From positions 480,001 through 544,000 of the forward strand of contig CBDCRW010000005.1 in NCBI GenBank assembly GCA_965221125.1: a stretch of DNA of 64,000 nt. The letters are read 5' to 3'. Shown here piece by piece: positions 59,883-64,000 of this stretch. Origin of the DNA: Alphaproteobacteria bacterium. Its GTDB lineage: Bacteria > Pseudomonadota > Alphaproteobacteria > UBA828. The position numbers were made by a program, and so were the translations under genes. Position 1 is the stretch's first letter, and each line of letters starts with the position of its first letter. The notes under the pieces are model-generated. The model was given only the letters and a program-made list of their open reading frames with translations. It had not been told where the DNA came from and searched no databases.

Positions 59883-61085
59883 ATGAGCCGGCCTGCCGTC
59901 AACGTTCTCGCGCTCGTTCTCTGCGCGGCGCTGGTGCTGACCATCAGCAACGGAATCCGCAGCAGCTTCGGCCTCTTCCTCACGCCGATGAGCCTCGACA
60001 TCGGGGTCTCGCGCGAGACCTTCGCGCTGGCCATCGCGATCCAGGGCCTGGTCTGGGGGATCAGCCAGCCGGTCTTCGGCGGGCTCGCCGACCGCCACGG
60101 GGCGATCCCGGTCGTCCTGCTGGGCATCGTGATCTACGTCGCGGGCCTGCTGTGGATGGCATGGGCAGGCGATGCGGTCGGGCTGCACCTGAGCCAGGGC
60201 GTGCTTGTCGCCCTCGGCATCAGCGCCACCGGGTTCGCGGTGGTGCTTGGCCCGGTGGGCCGCGCGGTGCCGCCGGAGAAGCGCAGCATGGCGCTCGGCA
60301 TCGCAGCCGCCGGCGGCTCCTTCGGGCAGCTCGCGCTGGCCCCGGTCGGCGGCGCCCTGATCGACGGCGTCGGCTGGTCCATGGCGCTCATCGCCTACTG
60401 CGGGATCGCGGCGATGATGCTGCCCTGCCTCATCGGCATGCGCGGCAGCCACGTGCCGCCCGAGGGCAGCGCCCAGTCGCTCGGCGAGGCGCTGGTGGAG
60501 GCCCGCGCCCACAGCGGCTTCTGGCTGCTCTGCGCCGGCTTCTTCGTCTGCGGCTTCCACGTCTATTTCATCGCGACGCACCTGCCGCCGTTCCTCACGG
60601 ACGCGGGCCTCGCGCCGATGATGGGCGCCACGGCCATCGCCGTGATCGGGCTCGGCAACATCGTCGGCACCTTCGCCGCCGGCTGGCTCGGCGACCGGCA
60701 CCGCAAGAAGTACGTGCTCTCGCTCTTCTACCTCGGCCGGGCGGCGGTGTACGGCGGCTTCCTCGTGGTGCCGGTGACCGAGGCCAGCGTGCTCGTCTTC
60801 TCCGCCCTGATGGGGCTGCTCTGGCTCGGCACCGTGCCGCTCACCAGCGGCCTCGTCGCCCAGATCTTCGGGCCGCGCTACCTCGGCGCGCTCTTCGGCA
60901 TCGTCTTCTTCAGCCACCAGCTGGGCTCCTTCCTCGGCGCCTGGCTCGGCGGCTACCTGTACGACACCACCGGCTCCTACGATGCGGTGTGGCTGATCGC
61001 CGTGGCGCTCGGCGTCGCGGCCGCGGTGATCCATTGGCCGATCCGCGACCAGCCGCTCGTGCGCCGGCAGCTCGGCGCGCAATAG
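59883..61085 (+). CDS. MFS transporter
   Basis: About 12 TM segments; GGLADRHG, GWLGDRH, FFSHQLG. Confidence 0.92.
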   Translation: MSRPAVNVLALVLCAALVLTISNGIRSSFGLFLTPMSLDIGVSRETFALAIAIQGLVWGISQPVFGGLADRHGAIPVVLLGIVIYVAGLLWMAWAGDAVGLHLSQGVLVALGISATGFAVVLGPVGRAVPPEKRSMALGIAAAGGSFGQLALAPVGGALIDGVGWSMALIAYCGIAAMMLPCLIGMRGSHVPPEGSAQSLGEALVEARAHSGFWLLCAGFFVCGFHVYFIATHLPPFLTDAGLAPMMGATAIAVIGLGNIVGTFAAGWLGDRHRKKYVLSLFYLGRAAVYGGFLVVPVTEASVLVFSALMGLLWLGTVPLTSGLVAQIFGPRYLGALFGIVFFSHQLGSFLGAWLGGYLYDTTGSYDAVWLIAVALGVAAAVIHWPIRDQPLVRRQLGAQ

Positions 61086-61150
61086 AGCGGACGGGGCCGG
61101 CGGCAACGAAGACGCTTGGCGCAGGGGCCGCCCCAGGTTTACCCTGTCGC

Positions 61151-61729
61151 ATGATGTCCTGGAGCCGCTGCCTGCGCTCTCTGCCTGCGCTGGTCTTGGC
61201 GCTGACGCTGGCGCTCGGCACGACGGGGACTGCCTTGGCCGATCAGACCGACCCGGCGCTGGACGGGCTCTTCCGCGACCTCAAGGCCGCAGAGAGCCCG
61301 CAGGAGGTGCGCCGGATCGAGTTGCAGATCTGGACCCTCTGGTTCGATACCGGCTCGGAACAGATGGACCGGATGCTGCTCGCCGGCGACAGGGCGATGT
61401 CGGCGGGCCACTTCGACCAGTCCTACGCAATCCTCAACGGGGTCATAGAGCACCGGCCGGACCTCTCCGAGGGCTGGAACCGCCGCGCGACGCTGCGCTA
61501 CCTGATGGGCGACTACGACGGCTCGATCGCCGATATCGAGGAGACGCTCAAGCGCGAGCCGCGCCACTTCGGCGCGCTTTCGGGGCTCGGCCTCTGCAAC
61601 ATCGCGCTCGGCAACGAGGAAGAGGCGCTCGCGGCGTTCGAGCGGGCGCTGGTCCACAACCCGCACATGCCGGGCGTCAAGCGGCGGGTGAAGCAGCTTC
61701 GCGACCGGCTCGGCCGCCACGCGATCTGA
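61151..61729 (+). CDS. Exported TPR-repeat protein
   Basis: Signal peptide; WNRRAT, EPRHFGALSGLG. Confidence 0.85.
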   Translation: MMSWSRCLRSLPALVLALTLALGTTGTALADQTDPALDGLFRDLKAAESPQEVRRIELQIWTLWFDTGSEQMDRMLLAGDRAMSAGHFDQSYAILNGVIEHRPDLSEGWNRRATLRYLMGDYDGSIADIEETLKREPRHFGALSGLGLCNIALGNEEEALAAFERALVHNPHMPGVKRRVKQLRDRLGRHAI

Positions 61730-61748
61730 GTGCTCCGGCCAAAGCCGT

Positions 61749-61854
61749 CGCTCGAGCCTTTTTTCGCTCACGGCAGCCGGCCGTTGGCCGGCGCCTGCGC
61801 GGGCGCGCCGCATTCGCGGCCTGTCGCACGTCCGTCGAAGACGGACGCGCTCTA
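61749..61854 (-). repeat. Palindromic miniature element, copy C
   Basis: On the minus strand begins TAGAGCGCGTCCGTC-TTC-GACGGACG at the deacylase stop codon; shares a 57-nt identical core with copy A. Confidence 0.85.
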
Positions 61855-63294
61855 CCGTCTGAGTGCCCGGCCGGGCCGGTTGCCGGTAACCCGGCCCCCT
61901 TCGCGCACGATGGCGCCGTTCACCATGACGACATCGATGCCGGCGGCGGGCCGGGTCGGCTCGTCGAAGGTCGCCCGGTCCGCGACGGTCTCCGCGTCGA
62001 ACATCACGAGATCGGCGTAGGCGCCCGCGCGCACCTCGCCGCGGTCGGTGAGCCCGAACCGGGCGGCGGTGAGCCCGGTCATGCGGCGCACCGCGTCCTC
62101 CAGCGTGAGCAGGCCGAGCTCGCGCGCGTAGTGGCCGAGCACGCGCGGGAAGGTGCCCCAGAGCCTGGGGTGCGGGTGGCGGTCGTGGGGCAGGCCGTCG
62201 GAGCCGATCATGCTGTGCTCGTAGGCGATGATGCGCTGCACGTCCGCCTCGTCCATCATGAAGTAGATGCCGCCGGCCGGGAGCAGTCTCTGCGCGGCGG
62301 CGATCGGATCGAGGCCAAGCTCCGCGGCGACGTCCGCGAGGTCGCGGCCGGTATGCTCGGGGTGCGGCTCGGACCAGCTGACGATCACGCGCTCCGCCTT
62401 CTCCGCCATTTCCGGCATCAGCACCGTGGAGCCTGCGGTGTAGGGATAGACGTCGAGGCCGATGGACTGGCGCTCGCGGGCCTTGTCGAGCAGCGCGAGC
62501 GTGTCGCGGCTGCGCCCGAAGTTCTGGCGTCCGGCGCACTTGTGGTGGGAGATGACGACGTCCGCGCCGGCGCGGCGGCCGATCTCGAAGGCTTCCTCCA
62601 TCGCCTCCTCGACGCCGTCGTGCTCGTTGCGCATGTGGGTGACGTAGAGGCCGCCGGCGGCGCCTGCCACCTCGGCCACCGCCGCCACCTCCTCGGTGCT
62701 CGCCGCCTTGTTGGGGCCGTAGATGAGCCCGGTGCTGAAGCCCAAAGCCCCGGCTCCCATCCCCTCGGCGAGGCGGTCCCGCATGGCGTCGATCTCGCCT
62801 GCCGTCGCCGGGCGGTCCACGTCGTCCATGGTGTCCAGGCGGAGCGCCGAATGGCCGACGAGGAGCCCGGCATTGGCGGCTGGCGGGGCCTCGTCGAGCG
62901 CCGCCACGTAGTCGGCGAAGCGGGGATAGCGGAAGTCGGCAGGCCCGCCCAGCAGGTCGAGCGGCGGCGGCACCGGGCGCCCCGGCCCGAGCGGCGCGAG
63001 GCTCACCCCGCAATTGCCGGCGATCACCGTGGTGACGCCCTGGCTGGTCTTGGGCGTCATGTCGCGATCGACCAGCAGCAGGTTGTCGTCGTGGGTGTGG
63101 GCGTCGATGAAGCCCGGCGAGACGATGCGCCCGGTCGCGTCGATGCTCCGCCCGGCCTGCACGCCGGCGAGGTCGCCCACGGCGGCGATGCGATCGCCCG
63201 AGACGGCGACATCGGCCCGCGCCCGCGGCGCGCCCGTGCCGTCGATCACCGTCCCGCCCGCAAAGAGGACGTCGTAGTGCCCGTCCGCCGCCAT
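61852..63294 (-). CDS. N-acyl-D-amino-acid deacylase
   Basis: PGFIDAHTHDD, GNCG, THMRNE, SHHK, GSDG, HPRLWGTFPR. Confidence 0.92.
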   Translation of the reverse strand: MAADGHYDVLFAGGTVIDGTGAPRARADVAVSGDRIAAVGDLAGVQAGRSIDATGRIVSPGFIDAHTHDDNLLLVDRDMTPKTSQGVTTVIAGNCGVSLAPLGPGRPVPPPLDLLGGPADFRYPRFADYVAALDEAPPAANAGLLVGHSALRLDTMDDVDRPATAGEIDAMRDRLAEGMGAGALGFSTGLIYGPNKAASTEEVAAVAEVAGAAGGLYVTHMRNEHDGVEEAMEEAFEIGRRAGADVVISHHKCAGRQNFGRSRDTLALLDKARERQSIGLDVYPYTAGSTVLMPEMAEKAERVIVSWSEPHPEHTGRDLADVAAELGLDPIAAAQRLLPAGGIYFMMDEADVQRIIAYEHSMIGSDGLPHDRHPHPRLWGTFPRVLGHYARELGLLTLEDAVRRMTGLTAARFGLTDRGEVRAGAYADLVMFDAETVADRATFDEPTRPAAGIDVVMVNGAIVREGGRVTGNRPGRALRR

Positions 63295-63448
63295 TGCCGC
63301 CTCCCGCTTTCGCCCGTGAATGCCGGGTGGACCATGAACGCGGCAGCGGGCCGTGACAACAGCTTTGGCCGCGCCCGCGGCGACGGGTAAGGTGATCCTC
63401 AAGGAAGAACCGCGCGCAGGATGTGCGCGGCCCAGGCGGGAGAGGACG

Positions 63449-64000
63449 ATGAGCGAGAACGAGAGCGGCGCGGGCGCCGATCTCGCGGCGCTGCAGTTCG
63501 GCGACAGCTTCTTCCCGAGCGGCGCGGTATCGTTCTCGCTCGGGCTGGAGACGCTGCACGCGGACGGCATCGTGGCCGACGCGGCCTCGCTCGAAGATTT
63601 TCTTGCCGACCAAGTGACGGAGCGCTGGGCCACGGCGGAGCGCGCCTTCTTCGCCGCCGCTCACCGCGCCTCTCCCGACTGGCCGGCGGTCGCCGAGATC
63701 GACGCGCTGCAGGAGGCGATGACGTTGCCGCGCGAGCTGCGCGAGGGCTCGCGCAAGGGGGGCGCCGCGCTGCTCGGCGTCCACGCACGCATGAAAACGC
63801 CCGGCGCCGCGGACTATCGCGCGCGCCTTCGCGCCGGCGAGGCGCACGGCCATCTCGCCGTGGTGCAGGGGCTGGTGCTCGCGGGCTCCGGTCTCGATCT
63901 CCCCCGCGCCGAGGCGGTGAGCCTGCACGGGCTCTGCGCCACGATCCTGGGGGCCGCGCTCAGGCTCGGCTTGATCGGCCACCTCGACGGGCAGATCATG
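63449..64000 (+). CDS. ureF: Urease accessory protein UreF (3'-truncated, not in ORF track)
   Basis: GAGGA RBS, ATG 63449; LQFGDSFFPSGAVSFSLGLE, ELREGS, GAALRLG..GHLDGQ. Confidence 0.85.
   Translation, partial: MSENESGAGADLAALQFGDSFFPSGAVSFSLGLETLHADGIVADAASLEDFLADQVTERWATAERAFFAAAHRASPDWPAVAEIDALQEAMTLPRELREGSRKGGAALLGVHARMKTPGAADYRARLRAGEAHGHLAVVQGLVLAGSGLDLPRAEAVSLHGLCATILGAALRLGLIGHLDGQIM

Noticed and set aside
61083-61089. TAGAGCG at the MFS stop codon as a fourth miniature element
   Set aside because: Only the 7-nt terminus matches; no hairpin or core follows.

Overview
High-GC alphaproteobacterial chromosome segment (probably Rhodospirillales-like and marine or host-associated; this is inference from gene content and order) that contains the replication origin region. 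The core is dnaQ-coaE-aroE-maf-ppsR <- [oriC, about 34756-35168] -> hemE-hemH-hemJ-dcd-rho, followed by an mnmE-mnmG-rsmG-parA-parB block on the minus strand with a perfect parS inside rsmG. The left half is accessory metabolism: a cytochrome P460-family protein with a long Cys-Asn-Pro repeat arm (missed by the ORF track), cytochrome c2, F420-type enzymes, a GS-family ligase, hydantoinase + DUF917 with an ABC transporter, an XRE regulator/desaturase/tandem homocysteine methyltransferase locus, a six-gene Rieske/ferric-reductase/glutamate-synthase-like operon of unknown function, and a P450. The right half has an orphan Wzm permease behind a 12-unit 10-bp phased repeat array, a lower-GC Fic islet with flanking direct repeats, an orphan SPPY DNA methyltransferase, a TbpB-like lipoprotein, trpEG and a partial ureF. 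A stop-codon-anchored palindromic miniature element occurs three times. I saw no rRNA, tRNA, CRISPR array or transposase. All calls come from motif reading and recalled family knowledge; no database search was run.
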